This document shows, piece by piece, positions 63,738 to 64,000 of a stretch of 64,000 nt of DNA. Source of the stretch: Octopus sinensis (lineage: Eukaryota). The stretch's first letter is position 1. The number at the start of each line of letters is the position of its first letter. The stretch is from assembly GCF_006345805.1 (NCBI RefSeq), contig NC_042997.1:81530001-81594000 (forward strand), in the 5' to 3' direction. The notes under the pieces are model-generated. The model saw only the letters and a list, made by a program, of their open reading frames with translations, was not told where the DNA came from and did not search any database. Both the position numbers and the translations under genes were made by a program.

Positions 63738-64000
63738 TACGAGGGGTGTTCATTAAAAATTTTCCCCTGACCTATTTCCAGTTATTGCAGGAAATGGAAC
63801 TTGTACAGGTATAATCATACACGTTTCTACATGTTACATTGTAAATTGTAGCTTTTTACTAGCATTCGTCTGTCTTTTATGGCTGCTGAAGTGGATTAAG
63901 GTGTTATGACAGAAGCAGTTGAATGCAGATCAGTGATCAGGCTGTTATACTTGAAAGGTTGTACACCAAAAGACACTTTCAATGAGATGAAAGAAGTTTA
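63738..64000 (+). mobile_element. Mariner-type transposon 5' end, runs out of the window
   Basis: TAcgaggggtgttcattaaaaattttcccc terminus, then ECRSVIRLLYLKGCTPKDTFNEMKEV-like HTH start. Confidence 0.75.

Noticed and set aside
1-64000. CRISPR arrays, rRNA, prokaryotic operons, or intact autonomous transposase/RT/RepHel ORFs
   Set aside because: None seen; all TE coding regions carry stops or frameshifts, and there is no repeat-spacer periodicity.

Overview
AT-rich, repeat-dense eukaryotic DNA. The SINE, LINE and microsatellite content looks like an Octopus (coleoid cephalopod) genome; this is an inference from recalled repeat families. One host gene is well supported: a DGCR6/gonadal (gdl)-family gene on the + strand, with four coding exons (5382-5485, 14637-14797, 19255-19361, 26591-26800) that splice at GT-AG sites into a 193-aa protein. 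Its first non-coding exon is probably upstream of the window. The rest is mostly decayed mobile DNA: R4/Dong-type LINEs in (TAA)n tracts, RTE LINEs and their (ATG)n-tailed 3' ends, three tRNA-type SINE families, six Tc1/mariner relics, a TTAA-flanked piggyBac-type MITE family, Helentron-like (HINE) elements, a Penelope-like fragment and several non-autonomous Helitron families. I found no new protein-coding system. The most unusual signals are structural: (1) a mirror-image Helitron hub at 52.9-59.1 kb where one family's 3' CTAG abuts another family's 5' TC twice; (2) two fold-back elements inside DGCR6 intron 3, one with near-perfect 201-bp arms and one carrying a low-complexity open-frame cargo; (3) repeated tail-to-tail pairing of Dong LINEs with an opposite-strand SINE in the same (TAA)n tracts; (4) abutting palindromes at 59.2-59.4 kb. 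TE boundaries are read by eye and are approximate unless termini are quoted.
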